The notes beneath the pieces were generated by a model. That model saw only the letters and a program-made list of their open reading frames with translations, was not told where the DNA came from and did no database searches. A stretch of DNA of 63,232 nucleotides, counting the filler, from Octopus bimaculoides (taxonomy: Eukaryota): assembly GCF_001194135.2 (NCBI RefSeq). It is 5 parts of 4 records of this genome, joined end to end, with 100 filler letters (N's around TTAATTAATTAA, not from the genome) between each part and the next. Parts side by side here need not be neighbours in the genome. Positions count along the whole stretch, not along the records: positions 1 to 26,997 come from NC_068983.1; 4 more parts are not named here. One strand, given 5' to 3'. The position numbers and the translations under genes are program-made. Below are positions 12,766-27,053 of the stretch, piece after piece (the stretch's first letter is position 1; the number at the start of each line of letters is the position of its first letter).

Positions 12766-15174
12766 AGAGAGGGTGAGTAGTAATACTGTCCCAATTGTGG
12801 ATGCAGTTCTCTATTGTTAGTCATACATATGAAATACTGATTTATTCAGAGGATTAGTGATGGTTAGGAACTGACGTTTTTTTTTTTTTAACCTATGAAG
12901 AAGAATTCCAGTCGTTGTTATGCTGAGGATAATATTTGTCAGGTGAGATCCTTACTGACAGTGCAATATAACATTTACAGAAACCTTGAGGATTCTAGTT
13001 ACAAGTTGTGTATGCTTGGAGGATGGTGCATTAATGTTTATCTGATATGTGTAATGATTGTGTATTTGTATTGTTGAAGACAAGATGGGAGGATGTTTAC
13101 AAGGTCACTTTTCATAGTAAGTGATGAGTCAATGTGAGGAGCCAAGTTGCATGTGGATGATGCTTAGAGTGTGTGGAGTGGGGGAGGAAGATTAAGGAGA
13201 ATGGCACAATTTATCTAGAAGTGGGCATTATTAGAGATTCCAAGACTGTAAGGAGTGATTTCAGTGAGCTTTTAACTATTTCTTGCAAGTTGAGTGACTA
13301 CATAGAAGCTCCATCATTGACTCAATGCTGAGTGATACAGGTAAAGGTGTTTAGCACTTTAAGAAGAGGTATAAGTTGTTACAGGTAGGTGTTAGTATTC
13401 TAAGTAGAACTATTTTATCAAGAAATTATTATTCTCTCTTTTGAGCCTGTATTAACTGTAATGTTGTTGGTTGAGTCCAATCAAGCATTACTTTGGGTAA
13501 GTGTTTTCTGTCATAGCATCAGGTCACCTAAACTTATATGTGAAATTAGGTTGGAGATCATGCAGAAGTCTAGCAAAGTAATCCTGTTCTTGGGTGGTAG
13601 ACTTCATCTATTGTCCAGTTTAACACTATCTCTTAGCCTTTAGATGACTCCAGTGAAATCCACTTTGTTACAAACATTCAAACTAGGTCTTTGGTTTGAG
13701 TGTAACTCAGTATTTTGAAGCATTGTTTGCTACTGCACTGCAGCAACCCTTGAGTCAAAGTTCCTTCCTCCCTTTCCCTCTGTCTTGTTAAACTCAGAGA
13801 CCCTGAAAAAGTTATGGTTGTTACCACTCCATATCCTTCACTAACTAAGCCATAAAAACAACTTGTGTTAAGTGTTTATAGCTTTACAAACAGGACATCC
13901 AGCAAATGTGTTATCATAATCACCATCATCAAATGGAACAGTTGTGGAGAATGCTTCACATGTTTTATGAGGTATTTCTCATGGAACATTGAACGTTTGT
14001 GAATCAATGATGTGGCAATAGCTATAAAGAATAAAGAGTTATGTATATTTTTAGAATTCTTGCATGTAGTGAATAAGTAGAAAGATATAAAAATAAGCTT
14101 TTAGACTCTTGCAAGTCCAATCTCAATTTACAGTTGTCATTTAGTTTCATTTCTTTAATCCAATGTCTGTTTATTGGAGATTTTTGATAGAGATTTAGCA
14201 TTTGTTTGGGGAATTTGAAGGAGCTCCGTTCTTCATAACTGATATAGCATCGGAATGCTTCTATCAAGTATAGAATACAATTTTGTGTTCTAAAAGATTA
14301 GGCACAATACTAAAATAGATTGACATTATTTAAATGGCCAGGTTTAGCAGTGCAAGCTTTGAGAGAGTATTGTCTGATGTAGGATTTAGGCTACTGACTT
14401 TCTTAGTTTTTTTTGTTATCACAACTTAAAAGTCTCTTTGAGATTATTAAATGTAATAAACTGAATTATACAAACTACCACGTCAAAACAATCATTCTTA
14501 AGCTATCATTTTGAAACAGCTTATTTAAAACATTTACTGACAGCAACAGCATCCTTTTCAATCACAATCTAAGCCTAACTAGCCACTACATATAATTCTA
14601 GTGTTTTTTTTTTCTTTCTTTTTTTTTTCTGTTCTTCACTTCTCTTATAAATAAAACACACAATACTGTTTCAATTCAAATATGTTTTGACAATTCTTTC
14701 ATGGATTTCTTCTTTTTTCCTTATTTTTCTTGCTGTATTGATTATTTTTTAAAATTTCCTTCAGTTTTTTTTAAATATTTTTTTCTTGATTTAACTAAAA
14801 AATAAAATTAATGTTAAGATTATGAGAAGAACAATCACTTTTTATTACAGTTTTATCTGATACTGTATTCACTTCAGCATGCTATATTGTATAGCATTTT
14901 TTTTTTTTTCAATTTACTCTTTAAAAAAAATCTGTTTGTTTCAGATTGAGAATTTTCTAAAACAAAAAAAAAAAAGAAACAAACAAAAATGACATGATAT
15001 TTTTTCTCCCTCTGCAATTTACCATAGAAATAAGTAAAACAGATTTTTACTTATTTACTGCAAAGAATATTTCACACATATATCCAAGCCTTAAATTGCT
15101 AATATTGTTAGCTATTTTGACATTCAAAATTATATGCTATTCAAATATTTTGAATATATTATATTGAAATATAA

Positions 15175-15429
<255 letters not shown>

Positions 15430-16206
15430 TAATTATTTAGGGGAAAATTATTGCAAATTATGATTATTGTTGCTATTCTTGTTTTGTTTGGTTTTTCTTT
15501 CACATTATCCTTTACCTCTTCTTCCTTTTCCCTTCTTCTCTTCCCTACTTATTCTCCTCTTCCTTCAACTTTTCTTTTCCTCCACCGTCCTCCTATTTCT
15601 CCCACCCTCCTTCTAACCCTTCCCTATTCCTCCTCCCCTTTCTACTTCTTCCACCCTTCTCTTCCCTTCTTCCTCCTTCCATCTTCCTTTGCCCTCTTCC
15701 TCTTCTCCTCTTCTTATTACTACTTTTTCCTCTCCTTCCTCCTCCTTCCCTTTCCCTCTTCTTTCTCCTTCTTCATGGTAATCTGTAAAGAAGCAAAAAT
15801 CTTTCAAAATTTGAAGGAAAGCAGTTTTTAGTGTGAAACCAAGATAGCCACATCTGAGTCACCAAAACATCAGACTGCCAATGGTGCTGCTCCAGTATGG
15901 CCATGGCTAACTGGCTAGAACTGGTAAATGTGATAGGAATCCATATACTGGCCATTATAATATCTATTATCATTGCCTTCAGAAAATTTCAGATTTCTTC
16001 ATTTTCTCACCTCTTCCATATATTGAACTGTGTACGTATATTAGAAGTCAGTACCCATTTGTTACTAAGTCCTTATTTAAAATATGTGAGGGACTTAGAT
16101 GTCACAGTAATTACATATATCTTTTATAAATATTTTTGGTTTCAAACCATTTTGTCATTTGTCTTTCCTCCCCTTTAAAAATTCAGTGAAATTAATGAGA
16201 GGTTTG

Positions 16207-16555
16207 ATCATCATCAACATTATTTAATGTCCATTTTCCATGCTGGCACGGGTTAGATAGTTTTAACTGGATCTGGTAAGCCGGAGAGCTGCACCAGGCT
16301 TCAGTCAACTGTTTTGGCTTGGTTTCTATGGCTGGATGGCCTTCCTAATGCCAATCACTCTACAGAGAGTACTGGGTGTCTTTTACATGCCACTAGTACA
16401 GGTGCCTTATGCATGTCATCAGCACAGGTATCTTTTATGTGTCACTGGCAAGGGTGCTTTTTACCTGTCACCAGCACTAACCACGACTGTGATTTCACTT
16501 AGTTTGATGTCTTCTTAAGCACTGCAAAACACCAGAAGTCTCAGTCACTTGTAGG
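16207..16555 (-). mobile_element. RTE 3' UTR fragment with repeated internal motif
   Basis: Reverse complement of the RTE 3' end, including several GTGCTTTTTAC/ATGTG(C)CAC-type units. Confidence 0.7.
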
Positions 16556-16767
16556 TAGACTTAACCAATCACCTTATTTAACATTAGCACCTGACATTGT
16601 AAGTGCTTTTAGTGGAGTCCACTCTGTTACAACCATCACAAGGATCTGTCCTTCTTGTGATGTGGTAATTTGTATGCCTCAGTGACACTGAAGCTATATC
16701 AGCAGAGCACAAGCTCCTGGCAGGGTCTCATATGCTGAACAGATCAAAGGATAGAGGTCAGCTTGAT

Positions 16768-17446
<679 letters not shown>

Positions 17447-17620
17447 ACTTATGATATGGATTATTTCTTCCCAGAAGTAAAAATGGGTTTGTATAAGGCC
17501 AACACCCCTACCTAGAAAAAAAGCAAACTTGCAGAAGCACCAATGACAATTCAAAACCAGCACTACCTGGGAGAGGAAAGCCTTCCTTCAGGGACTTGCT
17601 GTGCAGCAAAATCTGCATGT

Positions 17621-17653
<33 letters not shown>

Positions 17654-18179
17654 CTGCTGTGTCTGTGGAGAGTCATTCTCTTTTAGTACCTTATAATTTA
17701 ACACACTCACCAGTAAACTTTCCACTCATTTACTTATTTACTTTTCTAAAATTTTCATTGCATCTTGCAACCTTTTCAATAGTTGTTGGCTCTGTCCTTT
17801 ATTCAAGCTGTGTTCTTTTTGTTTTTTTGTGCGCATGTGTGTGTGCATACACATGTATGTATGCATGCATGTATGTATGCATGCATGTATGTATGTGTAT
17901 CTCCATATGTGTGGACGTGTGTTTTCATATGTGTCCTTGTGTGAAGTGAAGTGTGTGTGTATATGGTCATGTGTTTCAGTCTTCGTTTGTGTATGTGTGC
18001 TTGTCTATTCATATAATCTATGTACCTATCCATCTGTATGTCTATCTGTTTACTTTCATATCCATACATGTGCATATACATATACACACACATACATCCA
18101 TCTATCTACATGACAGCCCACTAACTATTCTACCTGTATATAAATATAAACTGTGGCTATGGGGGAATGATTATCTACT

Positions 18180-18434
18180 ACGTATATCTCTTATTTAGTA
18201 CTCAGGATGTTTCATTTATGAGGACGTACTCCTGTATTTGTTTAAGTGTTGGGTCCTTTGGATGCTTGGATAGAATGCGGATGTCAAGTTGACCCAGGTT
18301 GCATCTATGTTGGTCCTGGCATACTGGTAGAGTATGGAGGACTGTTTTTTGTTGTCATATTGATATTGTTTCAAATTTCCATTTAGTCTTTCTGCAATGC
18401 TCCTAGATGCCTCCCCTATGTATGTCATGTTCAT
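18180..18434 (-). mobile_element. GIY-YIG endonuclease remnant, probably from a Penelope-like element
   Basis: ORF 18216-18434 begins MNMTYIGEASRSIAERL, the YIGET.R....R pattern of PLE endonucleases. Confidence 0.5.
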
Positions 18435-18754
18435 GTCTTTGAATTATAAGGAACTAAAAGAGAATGACTCTCCCCAATACATGAACTCGTATAAAGAATC
18501 TTGCAAACCAAAGCCAAAAAGGAAATATATATAAATGATAGGCGTGTTTCAGCTTACATCAATCAAATCCACTCACAAAGCTTTGATCTGCTCAGAGCTA
18601 TAATAGAAGACATTTGCAGAAGGTACCATTTAGTGAGACAGAACGCAAAACCATGTGGTTAGAAACAAACTTCTTAACCACTTAACCACACAACCTCATA
18701 CTTGTTACTGTTGTACTTCCAATGTTTAGGCTTGTTAATATTTCATACATTGTT

Positions 18755-19200
18755 AAGGTGGTGAACTGGCTGAATCATTAGCATACCAGGCAAGATGCTT
18801 AGTGGCATTTCATCTGTCTTAACATTCTGAGTTCAAATTTCACCGAGGTCAACTTTGCCTTTTATCCTTTAGGGGTCAATAAAATAGGTATCAACTATGT
18901 ATTGGGGTGGGATGATGTAATCGATTTACCTCCTCCTCTGAAATTGCTGGCCTTGTGACAAAATTTGAAACCAATATTTTGTACATTGTTATGGTAGTAA
19001 GCTGATAAAATTGTTAGCATGCCAGGCAAAATGTTTTTCAGCATTTCAACCATCTTTACATTCTGAGTTCAAATTCTGCCAAAGTTCACTTTACCTTTCA
19101 TCTTATTGGGATTGATAAAATAAGTACCAGTTGAGCACTGAGATCAATTTAATCAACTTACCTCCTCCCCAAAAATTACTAGCCTTGTGCCAAAATTTGT
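18755..19200 (+). mobile_element. Two tandem SINE family D copies (18755-18978, 18991-19200), CpG-decayed
   Basis: Both are collinear with the 31371-31520 head/core and carry the GAAATTGCTGGCCTTGTG.CAAAATTTG tail. Confidence 0.8.
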
Positions 19201-19288
19201 TGCTGTTTCTTTGTTGTTTTTTAATTTCTTTTCATTATTCACATCTTTCTTTCCAATATTATATTAGCCTTAATGTTCAAAATTTTAA

Positions 19289-19486
<198 letters not shown>

Positions 19487-19729
19487 TAAGCTTCCTTAGA
19501 TACTTTTCTTACTACAAAATAAATATTCTTCTTCTCAAAATTTTATTTGTAAACACAAATTCTTTTGAAAGAATATTATGTAATTTCTTAAGATGTAATT
19601 ACATTATAAAATTCATAAAATTAAATAATTTCATTTATTGAAATGTCAAAATTGAAATATCCTTATGGCAAATGAACTTTTATTTTAGGAATTTTATCAA
19701 TTATTCTTGTTGCTGATGCATACCATCAC

Positions 19730-20040
19730 ATGTGAAGGCTTGTGGCTTAGTGGTTAGGGTATTAGGCTCATGATCATGAGTTCAATGCCCGGTGGTGCAT
19801 TGTGTCCTTGAGCAAGGCACTTTATTTCATGTTGCTCGAGTACACTCAGCTGGCAAAAATAATTAGTATATGTATTTCAAAGGTCCAGCCTTGTCACATT
19901 TTGAGTCATGCTGAATCTCCCTGAGAACTATGTTTAAGGGTACATGTGTCTGTGAAGTGTTCAGCCACTTTTATGTTAATTTCACAAGCAGGTTGTTCTG
20001 TTGCTCAGATCAACTGGAACACCCATTGTTGTAACCATCA
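19730..20040 (+). mobile_element. SINE family C with 11-bp target-site duplication
   Basis: tRNA-like head GTGGCTTAGTGGTTAGGG...GAGTTCAATGCCC; CATACCATCAC at 19719-19729 and 20041-20051. Confidence 0.8.
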
Positions 20041-21857
20041 CATACCATCACTAGTTTCCTCTGATTACATTTTGTTTCACTTAACTAAAAGTTATAATTT
20101 AATTATGATCCATGAAATTTGAAAAAAAAACTTAATATATAATCAAAGAAAGGTGATTTTTTTTAAAGGAAAACTAAAAATAGATAACTGCTGAGAATTG
20201 AATCTACAATTTCCAATGTCAATATTACATCATTCAGGAATTTCATTCCCTCCGTTAATTCACTTTCGCTTCATTTTGTAATGCCATTTGTGTCTGCATC
20301 TACAACTAGTGTAAACATTTCAATGCATTCTATACTCACTTCTTGATTCATCTACAAAGAAATAATTTAGCTCAATAACTATAATTATTATATCAGAAAT
20401 TCTAATTATAATATCTTTGAATATTGTAAATTAATAAAAGAATATCTGCAAAAAGAGAGGAGAGAGCATTTGTTTTATTAAAAGTGCATATGTATGATTT
20501 TTTTATGATTCCTTTCATATAGATAACATCATTTTCCTTTTGTTATCAAACATCTATTCAAGCTGCAATTTTAACCTATTAACTTTGTAGTTGTTTTTGT
20601 TATCCTTACAACAACTCACACCAGAGATTTACTCTTTTTAGTTTATCATTCTTAAGATGTCTGTATTGATTTTGTATTCTGATAATGTTTCCTCTTTTTC
20701 ACTTAATTTCTGATCAGGATCAATGATAAAATTGCAATCAATAAGTTCAGAAGATATATCTGGTTCTTCCTGCAGCATGAAAGCATGGTTCTGATTACCA
20801 TTGTCATGTTCATGTTCTCTAATGTGAGCAGGAAGATTTGGGGGTGATATTTAATGATGGCACCCACATTAAAACAGTCTAAGAAAAATCTATAAAGAAA
20901 ATATATGCTTAGAGATTTGATGCTGCTATGAAGTTTTTGTTCACATCAGAGAGCATCAAAACACCTTGTACATTTCTTCATGTTTTGACCTGGATTTCAA
21001 AGTATTTATCACGNNNNNNNNNNNNNNNNNNNNNNNNNNNNNNNNNNNNNNNNNNNNNNNNNNNNNNNNNNNNNNNNNNNNNNNNNNNNNNNNNNNNNNN
21101 NNNNNNNNNNNNNNNNNNNNNNNNNNNNNNNNNNNNNNNNNNNNNNNNNNNNNNNNNNNNNNNNNNNNNNNNNNNNNNNNNNNNNNNNNNNNNNNNNNNN
21201 NNNNNNNNNNNNNNNNNNNNNNNNNNNNNNNNNNNNNNNNNNNNNNNNNNNNNNNNNNNNNNNNNNNNNNNNNNNNNNNNNNNNNNNNNNNNNNNNNNNN
21301 NNNNNNNNNNNNNNNNNNNNNNNNNNNNNNNNNNNNNNNNNNNNNNNNNNNNNNNNNNNNNNNNNNNNNNNNNNNNNNNNNNNNNNNNNNNNNNNNNNNN
21401 NNNNNNNNNNNNNNNNNNNNNNNNNNNNNNNNNNNNNNNNNNNNNNNNNNNNNNNNNNNNNNNNNNNNNNNNNNNNNNNNNNNNNNNNNNNNNNNNNNNN
21501 NNNNNNNNNNNNNNNNNNNNNNNNNNNNNNNNNNNNNNNNNNNNNNNNNNNNNNNNNNNNNNNNNNNNNNNNNNNNNNNNNNNNNNNNNNNNNNNNNNNN
21601 NNNNNNNNNNNNNNNNNNNNNNNNNNNNNNNNNNNNNNNNNNNNNNNNNNNNNNNNNNNNNNNNNNNNNNNNNNNNNNNNNNNNNNNNNNNNNNNNNNNN
21701 NNNNNNNNNNNNNNNNNNNNNNNNNNNNNNNNNNNNNNNNNNNNNNNNNNNNNNNNNNNNNNNNNNNNNNNNNNNNNNNNNNNNNNNNNNNNNNNNNNNN
21801 NNNNNNNNNNNNNNNNNNNNNNNNNNNNNNNNNNNNNNNNNNNNNNNNNNNNNNNNN

Positions 21858-22064
21858 GTGGCCGTTTTCGTGCGGGTGACACGTAAAAGCACCCACTACA
21901 CTCTCTGAGTGGTTGGCGTTAGAAAGGGCATCCAGCTGTAGAAACTCTGCCAAATCAGACTGGAGCCTGGTGTTGCCATCCGGTTTCACCAGTTCTCAGT
22001 CAAATCGTCCAACCCATGCTAGCATGGAAAGCGGACGTTAAACGATGATGATGATGATGATGAT
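21858..22064 (+). mobile_element. RTE 3' UTR, young copy (5' part lost in N gap 21014-21857)
   Basis: Near-identical to 27-224; (GAT)n tail. Confidence 0.8.
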
Positions 22065-22539
22065 ATATATATAAGCACAGGTGTGGCTGTCTGGTAAGAA
22101 TTTTGCTTCCCAACCACATGGTTTTGGGTTTTAGTCCCACTGTGTGGTACCCTGGGCAAAGTATCTTCTATTACTATAGCCTCAGGCTGTCCAAAGCCTT
22201 CTGAGTGGATTTCATTGACATTGAAAGACCAAGAAATTTTCTATCTTTTCAACCTCATTCGTACCCTTCTATTTATGCGCTGATCACTACACCTTACTTA
22301 ATGCTGTCTCTATATGTCTATTTCATTACCATGTCGTCTAATTCATTCTTTTATTCAAGTTTATCACACAGTCACTTATTTCTATAATTCTGTCTTAGAT
22401 TAGCTGACTGAAAACTCTCAGATTTTTCAATTCTATATTACTATTTTCAACATTTGCTGTCTCGTTAAACTATGCTACACAAATCCCAAAAGAATATCTT
22501 TCTCCCTCGTGTTCTGACCACTAATCCCTCACTATGCCT

Positions 22540-22646
<107 letters not shown>

Positions 22647-22726
22647 ACCTCTTGCTTTAACAGGACTATAAACTTACGCTCGCACCCTGATTTCCCTCCT
22701 CGATCTCAAACTTCTGCCTCACTCTG

Positions 22727-22825
22727 CTCGTAGTCACTGCGCTCGTAGTCACTCTGCGCTTGTTGTCACTCTGCACTCGTGGTCACTCTGCGCTCATGAT
22801 CACTCTGCACTCATGGTCACTTTGC
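22727..22825 (+). repeat. 17-bp tandem repeat (CTCGTAGTCACTCTGCG-like), about 6 degenerate units
   Basis: Read directly from the sequence. Confidence 0.8.
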
Positions 22826-22859
22826 TTGTGATGCACCCGATCTCCCACCTCACCCCCAA

Positions 22860-22971
22860 CCAGTACCGGAAGTTCCTATCCTCTCTACCAGTACCGGAAG
22901 TTCCTATCCTCTCCACCAGTACCAGAAGTTCCTATCCTCTCCACCAGTACCGGAAGTTCCTATCCTCTTCC
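22860..22971 (+). repeat. 28-bp tandem repeat CCAGTACCGGAAGTTCCTATCCTCTC(T/C)A x4
   Basis: Read directly; units start at 22860, 22888, 22916 and 22944. Confidence 0.9.
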
Positions 22972-23014
22972 ATTCTTTGGTTGTCTCCCATGAACACTTC
23001 TAAAGGCTTCACGC

Positions 23015-26000
23015 CACCCCCACCCCTACTTAGGGTTTATCTCCTCCTATGTAAAGTAGTGATCATATAGTGCAAAAATATGATAGTGTAGTAGATGCAG
23101 GTTGAAATGAAGGCTACTGCTTGTTTATGAATTCTGCCAAATGCAAGCTTTCTTTCAGGTACATGACACTGCTGTTCCCCGTCCCAGGGTCTCATGGGCC
23201 CATACCTCCCACGCCTTCAGGGTTGGCACTCTCAACGTTGACACACTAAAAGGTAGGTCTGGTGAGATTCTTGAGATGCTTGAATGGAGATGTGTCGATA
23301 TCTGCTGCCTCCAAGAAGTAACGTGGAGAGGAGGTTCCGCTAGGTTTCTCACAGGCAAAGAACACAGGTACAAGATTTTCTGGGCAGGGAACACAGACGG
23401 GGTTGGGAGCGTGGGTATACTTCTTGCAGAGAAATGGGTGGATAAGGTAATCAAGGTAGTCAGAATATGTGATAGAATACATAAGATTAGATTAGTCCTT
23501 CATCATGGGTTAGCAACCATTATCTCGGCCTATGCCCCACAGCCGGGGCTACCCAATGGACAGAAAGACCGATTTTATGACACCCTCTTCCAGACTACCT
23601 CATTGACGAATGACAGAAACTTTCTCTTTGTGGCTGGTGACTTCAATGGACATGTTGGACAACATACAGGGGGCTTCCATGATGTACATGGAGGCTATGG
23701 TTTTGGTTCCTGCAATGAGCAGGGAACCAGGCTGCTGAGTTCTGCGATGCAAATGACCTCATGGTTTGCAATACTAACTTCAGGAAACCTGCCAGTCACC
23801 TAGTCACCTACTGTTCTGGCAAACACACTAGCCAAATCAACTACATCCTTGCCAGAAATAGGGAAAGAGGGCGGCTTATAAATGCCAAAACCTACCCTGG
23901 CGAAGAATGTACCCCACAACATAGACTAGTAGTTAGTGACTTGAGGATCAGGGATAAGTAGTTGCCCAGAAGATGACCAGCATGGAAGAGAAGGGTATGG
24001 AAGCTTAAAGAACCTGTGAATGGACAAAGGTTTAGAGACATATTACTCGAAGCCTTTGATGAAATAGAAGGGGATATAGCTTTACACAGTGTAGAAGACA
24101 ACTGGAGGTTTCTATGGGACAACCTGCTGAGGGCCACTGACCAGATCTGTGGATGGTGCAAAGTCCCCTCTCAACCCAAAATAACGTGGTGGTGGAACAA
24201 TGTTGTTGACAGGGCTATTAGACAAAAGAAACAGGCTTGGAAGGACTGGAAGAACGGAGGTAGCAGGGAATTGTATCAGACTACCAGAAGGGGAGCTAGG
24301 AGACAGATTTATTTAGCCAGAGGGGAAGCAGATAAGAAAAAATTTGCCATTGTTCTGTGCTGTGAGGACCAAAGACTTGAGATATTTCATGTTGCAAGAC
24401 AGTGTGTGAGAGAGAATCGTGATGTCGTAGGAGAGAGAATCGTGATGTCGTAGGAGAGAAATGTGTTCGCATGGATGATGGTACGCTTGCACTAAACGAG
24501 GCTNNNNNNNNNNNNNNNNNNNNNNNNNNNNNNNNNNNNNNNNNNNNNNNNNNNNNNNNNNNNNNNNNNNNNNNNNNNNNNNNNNNNNNNNNNNNNNNNN
24601 NNNNNNNNNNNNNNNNNNNNNNNNNNNNNNNNNNNNNNNNNNNNNNNNNNNNNNNNNNNNNNNNNNNNNNNNNNNNNNNNNNNNNNNNNNNNNNNNNNNN
24701 NNNNNNNNNNNNNNNNNNNNNNNNNNNNNNNNNNNNNNNNNNNNNNNNNNNNNNNNNNNNNNNNNNNNNNNNNNNNNNNNNNNNNNNNNNNNNNNNNNNN
24801 NNNNNNNNNNNNNNNNNNNNNNNNNNNNNNNNNNNNNNNNNNNNNNNNNNNNNNNNNNNNNNNNNNNNNNNNNNNNNNNNNNNNNNNNNNNNNNNNNNNN
24901 NNNNNNNNNNNNNNNNNNNNNNNNNNNNNNNNNNNNNNNNNNNNNNNNNNNNNNNNNNNNNNNNNNNNNNNNNNNNNNNNNNNNNNNNNNNNNNNNNCAA
25001 GTTGTTAGATCAGGTAATGAAAGTCACGGAGAGGGTCATAGCCCAACTAATTAGGGAGAGAGTCAGTTTAGATGAGATGCAGTTTGGGTTTGTGTCAGGG
25101 AAAAGCACCACTGATGCTATATTTCTGGTAAGGCAGCTGCAGGAGAAATACCTAGCCAAAGATAAACCTCTGTACCTGTCTTTCGTTGATATGGAGAAAG
25201 CCTTTGACAGGGTCCCCCGCTCCCTTATCTGGTGGTCAATGAAGAGACTAGGGGTAGATGAATGGTTAGTGAGAGCTGTACAAGCCATGTACAGGGATGC
25301 TGTCAGTAAGGTGAGGGTTGGCAACAAGTACAGTGAAGAATTCCGGGTAGAGGTCGAGGTCCACCAAGGTTCAGTCCTCAGCCCCCTCCTATTTATCATA
25401 GTCCCCCAGGCAATAACAGAGGAATTCAAGACAGAATGCCCCTGGAAGCTCCTCTAAGCTGATGACCTTGCCCTAATTGCTGAGTCACTATCAGAACTAG
25501 AGGAGAAGTTTCAGGTATGGAAACAAGGTCTTGAATCAAAGGGCCTTAGAGTTAACTTAGCAAAAACCAAAGTATTAATAAGTAGGAAGGCATACAAATC
25601 ACAAATCCCTTCAGGTAGATGACCCTGCTCGATCTGTAGAAAAGGCATAGGTAGAAACTCTATAAGATGTACCCAGTGTAAACTTTAGACAAATAAGAGG
25701 TGCAGCAATATCAAAGGAAGGCTAACTAGCAAGATTGTTTTTGTATGTGGCAGATGCTCAGGAGCAATAAACACTGAAAATGTGCAGAAAACAATCTTTG
25801 CTACGTTCCAGGGAGAAAAATTATAAGTAGTTGATAGCTTCCATTATCTAGGTGACCAAGTTAGTAGCGGCGGAGGGTGCAATGAAAGTGTAGCTACTAG
25901 AATAAGAATAGCCTGGGCAAAGTTCAGAGAGCTCTTACCTCTGCTGGTGACAAAGGGTCTCTTGCTCAGAGCAAAAGGCAGACTGTATGATGCATGTGTA

Positions 26001-26997
26001 TGAACAGCCATGCTACATGGTAGTGAAACATGGGCCATGACTGCTGAGGACATGCGTAAGCTCGCAAGAAACGAAGCCAGTATGCTCTGACGGATGTGTA
26101 ATGTCAGTGTGCATACTCGACAGAGTATAAGTACCTTGAGAGAAAAGTTGGACCTAAGAAGCATCAGTTGTGGTATGCAAGAGAGACGATTGCGCTGGTA
26201 TGGTCATGTGGCGAGAATGAATGAGCATAGCTGGGTGAAAAACTGCCACACCCTAGCGGTTGAGGGAACCTGTGGACGATGTAGACCCAGTAAGACATGG
26301 GATGGGGTGGTGAAGCATGACCTTCGAACATTAGGCCTCACCAAGGCGGTGACAAGTGACTGAGACCTTTGGAGATATGCTGTGTGTGAGAAGACCCAGC
26401 AAGCCAAGTGAGACCATAATCTGTGGCCTCTGCCAGGGGTGTAGCCAGCTCACTTATTCATACCTTTACTTCGTTGGACACTAAACTCGGCTTGCAAAGA
26501 CCTGTTGAGGCAAATGAAATCAAAATCGTAATCGAGCCAAATTCGATGACTGCCAGTAGAGCGCTAACAGCACCATCCGAGCATGATCATTGCTGGAGCA
26601 GCTGTCTGGCTTCCGTGCCAGTGGCACGTAAATAGCACCATTTGAGCGTGATCGTTACCAGCATCGCCTTACTGGCACTTGTGCCGGTTGCACGTGAGAA
26701 AACATTCGAGCAAGGTCGTTGCCAGTGCTGCTGGACTGGCTCCTATGCAGGTGGCACATAAAATACACCATTTTGAGCGTGGCCGTTGCCAGTAGCGCCT
26801 GACTGGCCCTCATACCGGTGGCACATAAAAGCACCCACTACACTCTCAGAGTGGTTGGTGTTAGGAAGAGTATCCGGCTGTAGAAACACTGCCAGATCAG
26901 ATTGGAGCCTGGTGCAGCCATCCAGTTTGCCAGTCCTCAGTCAAATTGTCCAAGCCATGCTAGCATGGAAAGCGGACATTTAACAATGATGATGATG
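23015..26997 (+). mobile_element. Near full-length inactive RTE-clade LINE (APE endonuclease plus reverse transcriptase, GAT tail)
   Basis: EN motifs VGTLNV, CLQE and AGDFNGHVG (23141-23750); RT motifs QFGFV, DMEKAFDRVPR and HQGSVLSPLLF. The Tyr of YADD is mutated to TAA (25455-25457). Frameshifts and stops are present, with an N gap at 24504-24998 and a (GAT)n tail ending at 26997. Confidence 0.92.
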
Positions 26998-27041
26998 NNN
27001 NNNNNNNNNNNNNNNNNNNNNNNNNNNNNNNNNNNNNNNNN

Positions 27042-27053
27042 TTAATTAATTAA
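27042..27053. other. Artificial six-frame-stop linker TTAATTAATTAA inside a 100-bp gap
   Basis: Flanked by exactly 44 N on each side. Confidence 0.9.

Noticed and set aside
12900-13900. Old coding-like sequence in a TMEM245 intron
   Set aside because: No recognisable motif in the frames I tried; probably an ancient TE but unassignable.
15500-15815. Similar pyrimidine tract plus AAAGAA..GCAAAAA..TTTCAAAAT after exons A and C
   Set aside because: Short, low-complexity similarity expected by chance in AT-rich introns.
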